Shown here in pieces: positions 1 to 8,823 of a stretch of 64,000 bases of DNA (positions are counted from its first letter, which is position 1; each line of letters starts with the position of its first letter). The stretch is from Patescibacteria group bacterium. GTDB lineage: Bacteria; Patescibacteriota; Patescibacteriia; UBA9570. The DNA is taken from NCBI GenBank assembly GCA_041660305.1, contig JBAZWO010000005.1, positions 10,247 through 74,246 of the forward strand. Reading direction: 5' to 3'. The notes under the pieces are model-generated. The model saw only the letters and a list, made by a program, of their open reading frames with translations, searched no databases and was not told the DNA's origin. A program made the position numbers and the translations under genes.

Positions 1-375
1 TACTGGTTTAAGCATGGCGTAAGCTAACATTACCATAATACCACTGCCAACCATGTGCACAAAATTATCATAGCGAAAAATATTAGGCAGTAAATAAAAA
101 TCATACAGGTGTACAGTGCCAATATAATAATTTCCACCCAGCATATGTAACAAACCTAATAATGATAAAGAAATAAGTACGATGGGGTAAAAATGCAGGC
201 GTTTGTTGATGAATAAAATAACGCCAATAGATAAAGCCATCACGGCCGTGTAATACACAAATTCCACGTTGCCGCGTACTAAAGCGTTAATCGCGAAAAT
301 ACTTACATAAAACAAGGTAAAATATACGATAAATTTTTCTAATTTTTGCGTGCGCGGCGATAAAGGTTTAGTCAT
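1..375 (-). CDS. Integral membrane protein, N-terminal part (gene runs off window start)
   Basis: Not in ORF track. Reverse-strand ATG at 373-375 overlaps the stop of 372..1226 (ATGA). Open to position 1. Translation MTKPLSPRTQKLEKFIVYFTLFYVSIFAINALVRG... is a series of hydrophobic helices. Confidence 0.5.
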   Translation of the reverse strand, partial: MTKPLSPRTQKLEKFIVYFTLFYVSIFAINALVRGNVEFVYYTAVMALSIGVILFINKRLHFYPIVLISLSLLGLLHMLGGNYYIGTVHLYDFYLLPNIFRYDNFVHMVGSGIMVMLAYAMLKPV

Positions 376-1226
376 GGTTTTACGATAATAATTACTTTCT
401 GGCCATTATTAACATCACCATTATTCCAATCATGTGCCGCTTTGTAAAGAGTCTCATATTTATATTGATAGTTAGCGCCGCGTTTAGTGCCCGGATCGTT
501 GGTGATTATTTTGGTAGCGGTGTAGCCTTTAATAACCAACATATGATACACCGGTCCGGGCGCGGTGTAATAAGGGTTGCCAATTTGGCGGCCGGCGGCG
601 GGTAAAATAACCGGATAACCTTGAGCGAGGGCTTGTTTTATATCGTCTAACGTAAAATCATAAATTAATTCTGTTTTAAAACCGTAAAATTGTTCCAGCG
701 ATTTAGCGGTTTCTGCCGCCGTCATATCAATCGGATACTTTAAATCATTAGCATTATAATTCACCAATTCCAAAATAGCTTTATCGGCATCACTAGCGCC
801 ATTAATAGAACGATTTTGTAAAAATCGAGCGCTCATTAGCATGCTAGCTTCCTCACAGGCTTCTTGATACGGCAAATTCCAATTCGCATACGGTGCTTGC
901 ACGGTAAACGGCACGGCTAAATTAATTGAATCGGGGATAGACATATTCACGTTTATCTCAGATGTAGAGACGCGCTGCAGCGCGTCTCTACTGGCGTCGT
1001 TCACATTTTGGTTTGTATTAACATTTTCATTATTAGAAACAGTATTAGTATTAATATCTTGAAACGACTGTACAGATATTTCCGGCGGTACCGGTTCTTG
1101 ATCTTTTTGATTATACCAATCGCGTAATGTGCTACGATTTAGATAAGCTAATCCAGCACAAATTATTAATAAAATAATAATTACCAAAATAATTTTACGT
1201 AACTTTTTATTTAGGCGTTGTACCAT
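372..1226 (-). CDS. Membrane-anchored C39-like (papain-fold) peptidase family protein
   Basis: N-terminal TM helix IILVIIILLIICAGLAYL. Block VPFTVQAPYANWNLPYQEACEEASMLM resembles C39-like peptidase domains. Carries an in-frame GTAG palindrome (peptide ALQRVSTSE). Confidence 0.5.
   Translation of the reverse strand: MVQRLNKKLRKIILVIIILLIICAGLAYLNRSTLRDWYNQKDQEPVPPEISVQSFQDINTNTVSNNENVNTNQNVNDASRDALQRVSTSEINVNMSIPDSINLAVPFTVQAPYANWNLPYQEACEEASMLMSARFLQNRSINGASDADKAILELVNYNANDLKYPIDMTAAETAKSLEQFYGFKTELIYDFTLDDIKQALAQGYPVILPAAGRQIGNPYYTAPGPVYHMLVIKGYTATKIITNDPGTKRGANYQYKYETLYKAAHDWNNGDVNNGQKVIIIVKP
964..991. repeat. REP-like GTAG palindrome, copy 1 (intragenic)
   Basis: GTAGAGACGCGCTGCAGCGCGTCTCTAC, a perfect 28-nt palindrome inside CDS 372..1226; reading frame stays open. 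Confidence 0.85.
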
Positions 1227-2763
1227 AGTTTTTTGGCCATATTTTTTGTTTAATAATACTAGTTAAACTGGTTATTTCTGGCATGCGTAATAATAACGCC
1301 AAACCTAAATAGGTAACTGTTCCTACCATAACACCAATTCCCAAAGTGAACAACGTGCGTAAATGCAATTGATACACGCCCCAAATAGTTAAACTCATTA
1401 GGCCGCTAGCCAGCAAGCTTTTAGCAAAAGTAATTAATACAGTTTTATCTTGGCCGTATATTTTTTTACGTTTTAGCCAATAAAATAATAATACCACTTG
1501 AGTTAGCGCGGTTAACACAAAGCCGAGCGCCAAACCGGTTACGCCGATATATTTAGAAGCAATCCAGCAGGTAATAATATTAACCAGCATGGCTATTACG
1601 GCAATAATAACCGGTGCAACAGTGTTATGGCGCGCGTAAAATGCCCGCGCTAAAATGTGTAGCAAGCTTTCCAAGGGAATAGATATAGCGAACATGGTTA
1701 AAGTGATGCTGGTGGCCAGCACAGCCTCTTGGCTAAACGCGCCAGTACCAAGCAGGGTACCAATTAATGGTTGGGCTAACGCAATCATGGCTAAGCTAGC
1801 CGGTACGGTAAAAAAAATAATTTGGCGCATAGTCCAGTGTAATTTTTGTTGATATTCGATATTATTTTTATCGGCATAAGCTGTACTTAATACTGGAAAC
1901 GCGGCTGAAGCCAAAGCAATACCGAATAAGCTAACGGGCAAGCTTTGAAAATTACGCGCCAAGTTAAACACGGTAATACTGCCGCTGGTTAACAGCGAGC
2001 CGAACGCGTTATAAATCCACAAGTTAGCTTGCACGGTTAACAAACCAATAATTCTAGGTAGCATTAATTTAACGGTTTGGATAATAGCGGGGTCATGCCA
2101 ATCGGTTAACCACTGCCAGCGCCAACCGGTTTTAATTAATTCAATCAACCGAACGATCATGTGCAAACCAGCTCCAGCAATTACACCAGCTACTACACCT
2201 ATAATACCAAACCGTGGCGCTAAAAAAATAATACCCAGTACAATGCCCACGTTATAAAGCAGGGGAGAAATGGCATAGCTGACAAAACGTTGTAAACCTT
2301 GGAGTGTACTGCCAAATATAGTACTAATACTAAATAGTAACGGAGATAATAACATTAGGCGCGTAGTTTGAATTAATAACAAGCGTTGTTCAGCGTTAAA
2401 TCCCGGCGCTACCAAGTGCGTTAGTTGTGGCATAAATAACCAAGCTAATAATACTGCCGCCAACATTAACAAGCTTAATAAGTTCATTAATTTATTTACC
2501 ACGCGCCAACTAGCTTCCTTCCCTTGTTGTTGCCACAACTGCGTGAATACTGGAATAAATGCCGTGGTTAACGCGGCCGCTAATAAATTAATAATAATAT
2601 CCGGAATAATAAACGATGAATTAAACACATCCAAATCGGTGCCCGCGCCAAATTGGCCGGCTAATAAGCGATCGCGCCATAAACCTAAAATATAACTTAG
2701 CAAAGAAGCCATTCCTAAAATTCCAGCATTAATACCGAGTGAACGTTTGGTAATAACAGACAT
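1207..2763 (-). CDS. murJ: Lipid II flippase MurJ/MviN
   Basis: N-terminus LGMASLLSYILGLWRDRLLAGQFGAGTDLDVFNSSFIIPD plus about 14 TM helices, typical of MurJ. ATG at 2763 (MSVITKRSLG) preferred over the track start at 2805. Confidence 0.9.
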   Translation of the reverse strand: MSVITKRSLGINAGILGMASLLSYILGLWRDRLLAGQFGAGTDLDVFNSSFIIPDIIINLLAAALTTAFIPVFTQLWQQQGKEASWRVVNKLMNLLSLLMLAAVLLAWLFMPQLTHLVAPGFNAEQRLLLIQTTRLMLLSPLLFSISTIFGSTLQGLQRFVSYAISPLLYNVGIVLGIIFLAPRFGIIGVVAGVIAGAGLHMIVRLIELIKTGWRWQWLTDWHDPAIIQTVKLMLPRIIGLLTVQANLWIYNAFGSLLTSGSITVFNLARNFQSLPVSLFGIALASAAFPVLSTAYADKNNIEYQQKLHWTMRQIIFFTVPASLAMIALAQPLIGTLLGTGAFSQEAVLATSITLTMFAISIPLESLLHILARAFYARHNTVAPVIIAVIAMLVNIITCWIASKYIGVTGLALGFVLTALTQVVLLFYWLKRKKIYGQDKTVLITFAKSLLASGLMSLTIWGVYQLHLRTLFTLGIGVMVGTVTYLGLALLLRMPEITSLTSIIKQKIWPKNYGTTPK

Positions 2764-3078
2764 ATAATATAGTGGTATTGTAGAAGATAAGTGGGGGAAT
2801 GGCAAAAATTTTTCAATTTGACATATTTTTTAGCTGTGCTATTATTACCTCATAATACATCGAAGGGTATTCAAAAAATGAGTGCCCTTCATTTTTTTAT
2901 CGCTAAAATATCTTTTAGATTAATCAGATCAATAAAATTAACGCCAACAAGTTTTTTGATTTCTCGAGCAGTTCTTTTACCATGAGCAATGATTTTAACT
3001 AATTTATGATTAGCTAATAAATATGCCATTAATATTTTTTGTACCATAAATAATATTAGCGGCATCGACGAATACTTG

Positions 3079-3122
3079 AATCACAGATAATTCTGATAAA
3101 TTTCTGATGGCACAGATAATGC
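3079..3122. repeat. CACAGAT-type dispersed repeat, degenerate copy
   Basis: aatcacagataattctgataaatttctgatggcacagataat resembles the copies at 6367-6410 and 54844-54885. Confidence 0.5.
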
Positions 3123-3167
3123 AAATTAAATTAAGTAAAATTATCAGTATTCTTAGTGATCTTAAAT

Positions 3168-3196
3168 TTGATGTTATTAAAAAAATCTAGTATAAT
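3168..3196 (+). promoter_or_regulatory. Sigma70-type promoter giving a leaderless HEPN mRNA
   Basis: TTGATG, 17 nt, TATAAT. The -10 box ends 6 nt before the ATG at 3203 and there is no SD. Confidence 0.5.
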
Positions 3197-3202
3197 AAAC
3201 GC

Positions 3203-3613
3203 ATGATGAATACTAAACAAACACAAGACAGCATTGATTATTGGCGCAAAACTGCAGAGCATGATTATGATACTATGTGCGTTTTGTTTAAAACTAAACG
3301 CTATTCAGATTGTTTGTTTTTTGGACATATTATTTTAGAAAAGATTCTTAAAGCTCATGTAGTAAAAACTACTGGTCAGCAACCGCCTTATATTCATAAT
3401 CTTACTAAATTACATGAAGTGGCCGAGCTTAATTTAAACGAAAAACAGCTGGATTTTTTAGATGCAGTAAACGATTTTAATATTAGGGCTCGTTATCCGG
3501 AGCATAAATTAAAATTTTATCAACAATGTACTCTAAAATACACCCAGCCTTATTTTAAAAAAATCACAGAGTTATATCATGAATTATGTCAAAAATTGAA
3601 GCCAAAAAAATAG
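3203..3613 (+). CDS. HEPN domain protein (toxin of a HEPN/MNT pair)
   Basis: All-helical 136 aa with an R-x4-H type motif in NIRARYPEH. Overlaps the cognate minimal nucleotidyltransferase gene. Confidence 0.75.
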   Translation: MMNTKQTQDSIDYWRKTAEHDYDTMCVLFKTKRYSDCLFFGHIILEKILKAHVVKTTGQQPPYIHNLTKLHEVAELNLNEKQLDFLDAVNDFNIRARYPEHKLKFYQQCTLKYTQPYFKKITELYHELCQKLKPKK

Positions 3614-3900
3614 TCATTCAATATGCTCAGGCATTGCAAGCAGCCGATTATTCTTTTAGTGCTATTTATTTATTTGGTTCGCAAGTTAAAGGCACGGCCA
3701 ACAGTTGGAGTGATATTGATGTAGCTGTAGTATCAAATCGTTTACAACGTAATTATGATGCTAATCGTTTTGCTTTATGGAAAATAAGGCGGCAAGTTAA
3801 TCTTAACATAGAACCGCATGGTTTTACGGTTAAAGATTTTGCCAATAATGCTAATCCTATGGCTTATGAGATTCGTAAAACTGGTATTAGAGTAGTGTAA
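3586..3900 (+). CDS. Minimal nucleotidyltransferase (MNT antitoxin)
   Basis: Pol-beta NTase signature YLFGSQVKGTANSWSDIDVAVV. 28-nt overlap with the HEPN gene. Confidence 0.8.
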   Translation: MSKIEAKKIVIQYAQALQAADYSFSAIYLFGSQVKGTANSWSDIDVAVVSNRLQRNYDANRFALWKIRRQVNLNIEPHGFTVKDFANNANPMAYEIRKTGIRVV

Positions 3901-3954
3901 TTTTTTAGAGGATCAATTTGACAAATATTTAAAAATAACCTAGTCTGATAATAG

Positions 3955-4005
3955 ATCCTCGGCCGAAGCTCGCGAGAGCGACTTCAACCTGGCGGAGGAT
4001 TTTTT
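3955..4005 (+). terminator. Hairpin plus T5 terminator after the HEPN/MNT operon
   Basis: ATCCTCGGCC ... GGCGGAGGAT (one mismatch; inner TCGC-gaga-GCGA hairpin) followed by TTTTT. Confidence 0.45.
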
Positions 4006-4007
4006 GT

Positions 4008-4634
4008 TTATTCAAACATCTTTCCAATCCAGGAATCATCTCTATCGCTATTCCAATGTTTTGGGTTATTTAAAATGTAATTACGCACATTGTTTAATTC
4101 CGGTTCGTTACGGATAACATGATCGTAAAATCGGGATTGCCATTTAAAATCGTAATATTTTCTTTTTCGACATTCTCTGGTAACCATGCCTTTGAATTGA
4201 TTGATCATTGAACCTAATGAATGCGGTTGCCATTCTATATGATGACGCGGATTATGTGGACGTGGTCCCGTAGAGACGCCCTGCCAGGGCGTCTCTACCG
4301 TTTCATTGCAATGCGTTTCTACATTATTATGTTTCCCAATACATATTAAATGATCATGATTTTTGTTAATAATCAAAATCCCATGCACATGATCCGGCAT
4401 CACAATAAATTGATCCAATGTTACATATGGTCGTAATAATGCCGTACGATACCATTCATTATAAATAATTTTCCCAATGTTATTCACGCACATGATATTA
4501 TTTTTAATATATCCAAAACAGGCAAAACGTTTTTTGGCACAAATGGTAACAAAATACCTGCCAGATTTGGTATAATTATAATTTGGCAAACGCGTAGACA
4601 AAACGCGATATTTATCCAAAAATAAATCAAACAT
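4008..4634 (-). CDS. REP-associated tyrosine transposase (RAYT, IS200/Y1 HUH family)
   Basis: HUH motif MPDHVHGILII and C-terminal catalytic-Tyr region VRNYILNNPKHW. Single gene without IS ends. Contains GTAG palindrome copy 2 in frame (VETPWQGVST). Confidence 0.8.
   Translation of the reverse strand: MFDLFLDKYRVLSTRLPNYNYTKSGRYFVTICAKKRFACFGYIKNNIMCVNNIGKIIYNEWYRTALLRPYVTLDQFIVMPDHVHGILIINKNHDHLICIGKHNNVETHCNETVETPWQGVSTGPRPHNPRHHIEWQPHSLGSMINQFKGMVTRECRKRKYYDFKWQSRFYDHVIRNEPELNNVRNYILNNPKHWNSDRDDSWIGKMFE
4270..4298. repeat. REP-like GTAG palindrome, copy 2 (inside the RAYT gene)
   Basis: GTAGAGACGCCCTG-C-CAGGGCGTCTCTAC, 14-bp arms. Confidence 0.85.
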
Positions 4635-4706
4635 AAAAAGCGCTTATTAATAAAAATAGTGAGCGCTCAATAATTTAAATCTAGCAAATTTTATTAAGTT
4701 GGTCAA
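4635..4706 (-). promoter_or_regulatory. RAYT promoter plus conserved leader with TGAGCGCTCA palindrome
   Basis: Reverse strand: TTGACC (4706-4701), 17 nt, TAGATT (4683-4678), then TTATTGAGCGCTCACTAT (palindrome 4660-4669). The same leader occurs upstream of dprA. Confidence 0.45.
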
Positions 4707-4773
4707 AATAGCCATTTTTTTGCCCATGTTCATAACTAATACCTAATATTAGGTAAATGTTAATATTGTGTAC

Positions 4774-4801
4774 TTGACAAATAATAAAAAAGTGGTATAA
4801 T
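4774..4801 (+). promoter_or_regulatory. Near-consensus sigma70 promoter with extended -10
   Basis: TTGACA, 16 nt, TGgTATAAT. Confidence 0.6.
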
Positions 4802-4987
4802 GTTGGCACATTTGAAATGAAGTAACTGAAGGAAGTCTTGTTCATTACAACTAAATTTGGCAGGAAGTAGTAATACTGTGGGTGTTTTGCACACGGAATA
4901 AAAACGCATGATATATCCATATCATCGTGCTGTTTCACTCCGGGTGCATTAACCTTTCCGCAAATCCGCGGAAATGCACCCACCAAC

Positions 4988-5022
4988 AGTCGTTCAGCTG
5001 TGGCAAGCTGACGACTTTTTTT
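4988..5022 (+). terminator. Intrinsic terminator inside the 5' leader (attenuator or riboswitch expression platform)
   Basis: AGTCGTTCAGCT-gtggca-AGCTGACGACT followed by T7. It ends 5 nt before the SD AAAGGAG (5027-5033) of the 5040 CDS. Confidence 0.6.
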
Positions 5023-5039
5023 CAAGAAAGGAGCTTATA

Positions 5040-6185
5040 ATGAAGCTCAACGCCAATTCGATCGTTCGTGGTTTTTTCATGTCGCTGACTTTCCTTGCTT
5101 TGGCGGGGAATGAATCATGTCCTGGAGCCGATTCCGACATGGATGGCTATCAGGACGACGGAAATGGCGGAACTGACTGCGATGACGAGAACGCCTCTGT
5201 CTACCCTGGCGCCGTCGAGCTGTGTGATGGGCTGGACAATGACTGTGATTGGCAGGTGGATGAGGGGGTGGAATTGATCACTTTATATCCCGATGCCGAT
5301 GGCGACGGGTTTGGTGACATGTACACCACATGGACAGAGGAAGCCTGTGCCGTCCTCACCGGCTATGTCGCGGATCACACTGACTGCGATGACGCGGATG
5401 CCACCAGCTATCCCGGCGCTCCGGAGCTATGTGACGTGCTGGACAATGACTGCGACGGTTGGACCGACGAGCCGTCGGACAATGATGGCGACGGGTATAC
5501 TGGTAGCTGTAGCGGAAGCGGAGAGGACTGCAATGATGCAGATGCAGCGGTCAATCCGGAAGCGATCGAAACCTGCAATGGGGTAGACGATAACTGTGAC
5601 GGCTGGGTTGACTATGGAGTGATCGGCTACATGGATGCTGATCATGACGGGTATGGGGACGGCGATCCTATCCCGTCCGCAGTGAATTGCGGAAAACCGT
5701 TTACAGGAACCGGAAATTTCGTTTTTGTCGCGGGCGACTGCGATGACGAGTATCCTCACAGCTATCCTGGTGCCGCCGAGTTCGCCGATGGCAAGGACAA
5801 CGACTGTGATGGAGCGGTGGACGAAGACATGGACGTCGCGGACAACGACAACGACGGGCTTTCCGAAGCCCAGGGCGACTGTGTCGATACCAACTCGGCT
5901 GTTAATCCTGACGCGCAGGAAAGTTGTTACACCTATTTGGTGGATGATGATTGCGATGGTCGGGTTGATGTTGTTGATGTCTACGAAGACTTCGACAGTG
6001 ATCGCTGGGGTGGCCGGCCGCGCGGGTCAGTGGAATGCGAATACAGGTACACCGTCATATACCCTCTGGCCTCGGGGATACCTGGTGGCGACTGCAACGA
6101 CAACAACGCGGCTATCAATCCCGCGGCCACCGAAGTTGCCGATGGCAAGGACAACGACTGCGACGGCCTGATTGACGAGGAGTGA
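5040..6185 (+). CDS. Secreted Cys/Asp-rich repeat protein (MopE-type putative metal-binding motif repeats)
   Basis: Signal peptide MKLNANSIVRGFFMSLTFLALAG. Six units of DCDD-x5-PGA-x-E-x-CDG-x-DNDCDG-x-x-DE alternate with DxDxDG loops. Strong SD. 62% G+C in line 5401-5460. ATG 5040 preferred over track start 4974. Confidence 0.75.
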   Translation: MKLNANSIVRGFFMSLTFLALAGNESCPGADSDMDGYQDDGNGGTDCDDENASVYPGAVELCDGLDNDCDWQVDEGVELITLYPDADGDGFGDMYTTWTEEACAVLTGYVADHTDCDDADATSYPGAPELCDVLDNDCDGWTDEPSDNDGDGYTGSCSGSGEDCNDADAAVNPEAIETCNGVDDNCDGWVDYGVIGYMDADHDGYGDGDPIPSAVNCGKPFTGTGNFVFVAGDCDDEYPHSYPGAAEFADGKDNDCDGAVDEDMDVADNDNDGLSEAQGDCVDTNSAVNPDAQESCYTYLVDDDCDGRVDVVDVYEDFDSDRWGGRPRGSVECEYRYTVIYPLASGIPGGDCNDNNAAINPAATEVADGKDNDCDGLIDEE

Positions 6186-6366
6186 TTTTTTCCTGCCAAA
6201 TTTTCCGCTCTTTTTTCTTTATGGATGACCAATCTGCCGGCCTCAAGCCTGCGGAGCGGTTTCCAAATCTCGCCTCATGTACCTACCTTCTCGCGTAGCT
6301 CTACATCAGGCATTCTCAATATTCATCTTTTTTAAGCAAAGGTGAGTAGTGAGAATGAAAAAATAG

Positions 6367-6410
6367 AATCACAGATTACGCAGATAAAATTCATGATGTC
6401 ACAGATAAAT
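6367..6410. repeat. CACAGAT-type dispersed repeat
   Basis: aatcacagattacgcagataaaattcatgatgtcacagataaat, nearly identical to 54844-54885. Confidence 0.7.
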
Positions 6411-6587
6411 TAAATTAGTTAAATTTAATTAAATTTGTATTTATCTGCCTGCCCGCCGTACTCCGATTTAGGAGGCAGGCGGGTGTTATCAGCATTTAAT
6501 CAGTGACATCTGTGTTTCAATTGATTGACCTAGCTGATTGGAAATGTTACGATGCCTAAACTAATTAATCATTAATTTTTTATATTT

Positions 6588-6971
6588 ATGCAGCAAACGG
6601 ATCGCGATCCAAGCAATGCTGAATTATTATTAGCAATTCAAGGTTTTGCCAATAATAACGAGCAACGCTTGCAAAAAATTGAAACGGCTGTAGTGTTTCT
6701 TCAGGGTTTTGCTAATTATGTTCAAACGAACATGGTTACTAAAACAGAATTTAATGAGGTAAAGCAAGATGTAGAATCACTAAAACAAAAAGCAGACAAT
6801 ACAACCACTATTTTAGATGGTATTGCTAAGAATGTCAGTACTATTCAACAAGATCATGTAGCATCTATTGCTTGGCTCCAACGGCATGACGAAAATTTTA
6901 AAGCTCACGATAAAATTATCGGGCATAATTGTAATTTTGAACTAGCCGTTGGTTTATCGCAGGGAGTTTGA
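6588..6971 (+). CDS. Hypothetical coiled-coil protein
   Basis: 127-aa ORF of host-like composition. TTGACC, 17 nt, TACGAT promoter about 50 nt upstream. No recognisable domain. Confidence 0.4.
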   Translation: MQQTDRDPSNAELLLAIQGFANNNEQRLQKIETAVVFLQGFANYVQTNMVTKTEFNEVKQDVESLKQKADNTTTILDGIAKNVSTIQQDHVASIAWLQRHDENFKAHDKIIGHNCNFELAVGLSQGV

Positions 6972-7002
6972 GAATTGCCTTCACTGCCCATAATACGCTA
7001 AG

Positions 7003-8814
7003 ATGGAGGCGATGAACACGGCGGTAGAACAAATTAAACAGCGCTTGGATATTGTGGAATTACTCCAGGAATATTTGCGTTTAACAAAGGCGGGCACGAA
7101 CTGGAAGGCGAACTGCCCATTTCATCATGAAAAAACGCCTTCGTTTGTAGTAAGCCCCGATAAGCAAATTTGGCACTGTTTTGGCTGTGGTAAAGGGGGC
7201 GATGCGTTTACTTTTATTCAGGAAATGGAAGGAGTGGAATTTCCGGAAGCTTTGCGTTCACTAGCGCAACGCGCCAATATTACATTAGAGCAATACAAAC
7301 CAGAAGAACAAAATCATAAAACAGTATTATTGGATATTGTAAAACAAAGCCAGCTATTTTTTTCTAAAACGTTGCAGGAAGATTCGGCGGCTAAAATAGC
7401 GCGCGATTATTTACAGCAACGCGTTGTGTTACCGGCTACGCAGCAGCAATTTGGGCTAGGCTACAGTTTTAACGATTGGCGCAAATTATATCAGCACCTA
7501 CAACAAGTTGGTTATAAAGAAAATGATTTGGTAGCGGCCGGCCTGATTATTCAGGCGGAAGACAAACAATCGTACTACGATCGGTTCCGTGGCCGCTTAA
7601 TGTTTCCCATTTTCGATCATCATGGGGTAATGGTTGGTTTTACGGCACGGGTGCTAGAAGCGGATGCTACCGGCGGAAAATATGTTAATTCACCGCAATC
7701 TATTTTGTACGATAAATCTAGAATTATTTACGGTTTAAATTTTGCTAAGCAGATTATTAAAAAAGTAAACGCCACCATTGTAGTAGAGGGGAACATGGAT
7801 GTGATTACGGCGCATCAAGCGGGTTTTACGAACACGGTAGCCGTTTCTGGCACGGCATTTACCGAAGCACAAATTCAATTATTAAAACGCTATTCGCCTA
7901 ATTTGTTGCTAGCGTTCGATATGGATAAAGCCGGCTTGCAGGCGGCACAGCGTAGTATTGCCGTGGCGTTAAAATATGATATGAACGTAAAAGTAATTCA
8001 GTTGCCACCAGAATTTAAAGATCCAGATGAATGTATTAAAAAAGATCCGGCAATTTTTAGAACGGCCATTCGCGAAGCCAAGCATGTGCTTGATTTTTTC
8101 TTTGTCAGTATTACCAAACCATTAGATTTAACCCAAGCCGATCATAAAAAAAAGGCCGTGCAACAATTAATTCCGGTGTTGCGCATTATTAACGATCCGG
8201 TAGAGCGATCTCATTATGTGCAAAAGTTGGCTAATTTAGTGCAGGTAGATGAAACAATTATTCAAACTAAATTAAATACGGTAACAACAAAAAAACTAGC
8301 TAACACTAATTCAACAACAGCTAATACTATAGTGCCTGCCCAAGCGCTAGTTTTGCCAAAAAATCGTTCCGGCTTATTAGCCCAGCAAGTGCTAGCCATT
8401 ATTATTAGCCAGCCGGGCACTTGGGAATACGCCGTGCAATATTTACAGCCAGAATTTATTCAAGAGGCCAACTGGCAAGAGGTTTACAAACAAATGCTTA
8501 TTTATTATAATAACACCGGTGAATTTAATCTCACAGCTTATTTAACGGTTTATCCGCACCAGGCGGAGTTATTGCACTCCCTGGAGTTGTTGTATGCAGA
8601 TTTAACGGCTATTGCCGCGCCAGATGCAGTACAGCGAGAATTAATTCAAGGTATTAACGAGTTGCACAAACTAGATATTAAGCGGCGCTCACAACAGTTG
8701 GAGTGGCAATTAAAACAAGCCGAACAAGAACACGATACTGATTTGATTAATCAATTAATTAATACAGTTACTAATTTAAATAACGAACGTAGCCAGTTAT
8801 CTAAAGCACATTAG
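7003..8814 (+). CDS. dnaG: DNA primase DnaG
   Basis: CHC2 zinc finger CPFHHEKTPSFVVSPDKQIWHCFGCGKGGD and TOPRIM region VVEGNMDVI...FDMDKAG. Confidence 0.95.
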   Translation: MEAMNTAVEQIKQRLDIVELLQEYLRLTKAGTNWKANCPFHHEKTPSFVVSPDKQIWHCFGCGKGGDAFTFIQEMEGVEFPEALRSLAQRANITLEQYKPEEQNHKTVLLDIVKQSQLFFSKTLQEDSAAKIARDYLQQRVVLPATQQQFGLGYSFNDWRKLYQHLQQVGYKENDLVAAGLIIQAEDKQSYYDRFRGRLMFPIFDHHGVMVGFTARVLEADATGGKYVNSPQSILYDKSRIIYGLNFAKQIIKKVNATIVVEGNMDVITAHQAGFTNTVAVSGTAFTEAQIQLLKRYSPNLLLAFDMDKAGLQAAQRSIAVALKYDMNVKVIQLPPEFKDPDECIKKDPAIFRTAIREAKHVLDFFFVSITKPLDLTQADHKKKAVQQLIPVLRIINDPVERSHYVQKLANLVQVDETIIQTKLNTVTTKKLANTNSTTANTIVPAQALVLPKNRSGLLAQQVLAIIISQPGTWEYAVQYLQPEFIQEANWQEVYKQMLIYYNNTGEFNLTAYLTVYPHQAELLHSLELLYADLTAIAAPDAVQRELIQGINELHKLDIKRRSQQLEWQLKQAEQEHDTDLINQLINTVTNLNNERSQLSKAH

Positions 8815-8823
8815 CCTAGCCGT

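Noticed and set aside
1655-1852. Short antisense ORFs inside murJ, thyX, cysS, topA, htrA, the 16509 CDS and others
   Set aside because: They are embedded antisense in well-supported genes, and have no signals and no recognisable domains.
2889-3029. 46-codon minus-strand ORF (MAYLLANHKLVKIIAHGKRTAREIKKLVGVNFIDLINLKDILAIKK)
   Set aside because: It is open and followed by a weak AT hairpin. I could not assign a family or any start signals, so it is too weak to call.
4681-5025. 114-aa minus-strand ORF
   Set aside because: It lies antisense to a consensus promoter, a structured leader and a terminator. There are no start signals and the sequence is low-complexity and hydrophobic.
5095-6232. Alternative-frame and antisense ORFs inside the Cys-rich gene (5095, 5293, 5427, 5725, 5981)
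   Set aside because: These are typical stop-poor shadow frames of a G+C-rich CDS. Only the 5040 frame shows a signal peptide, an SD and a regular domain repeat.
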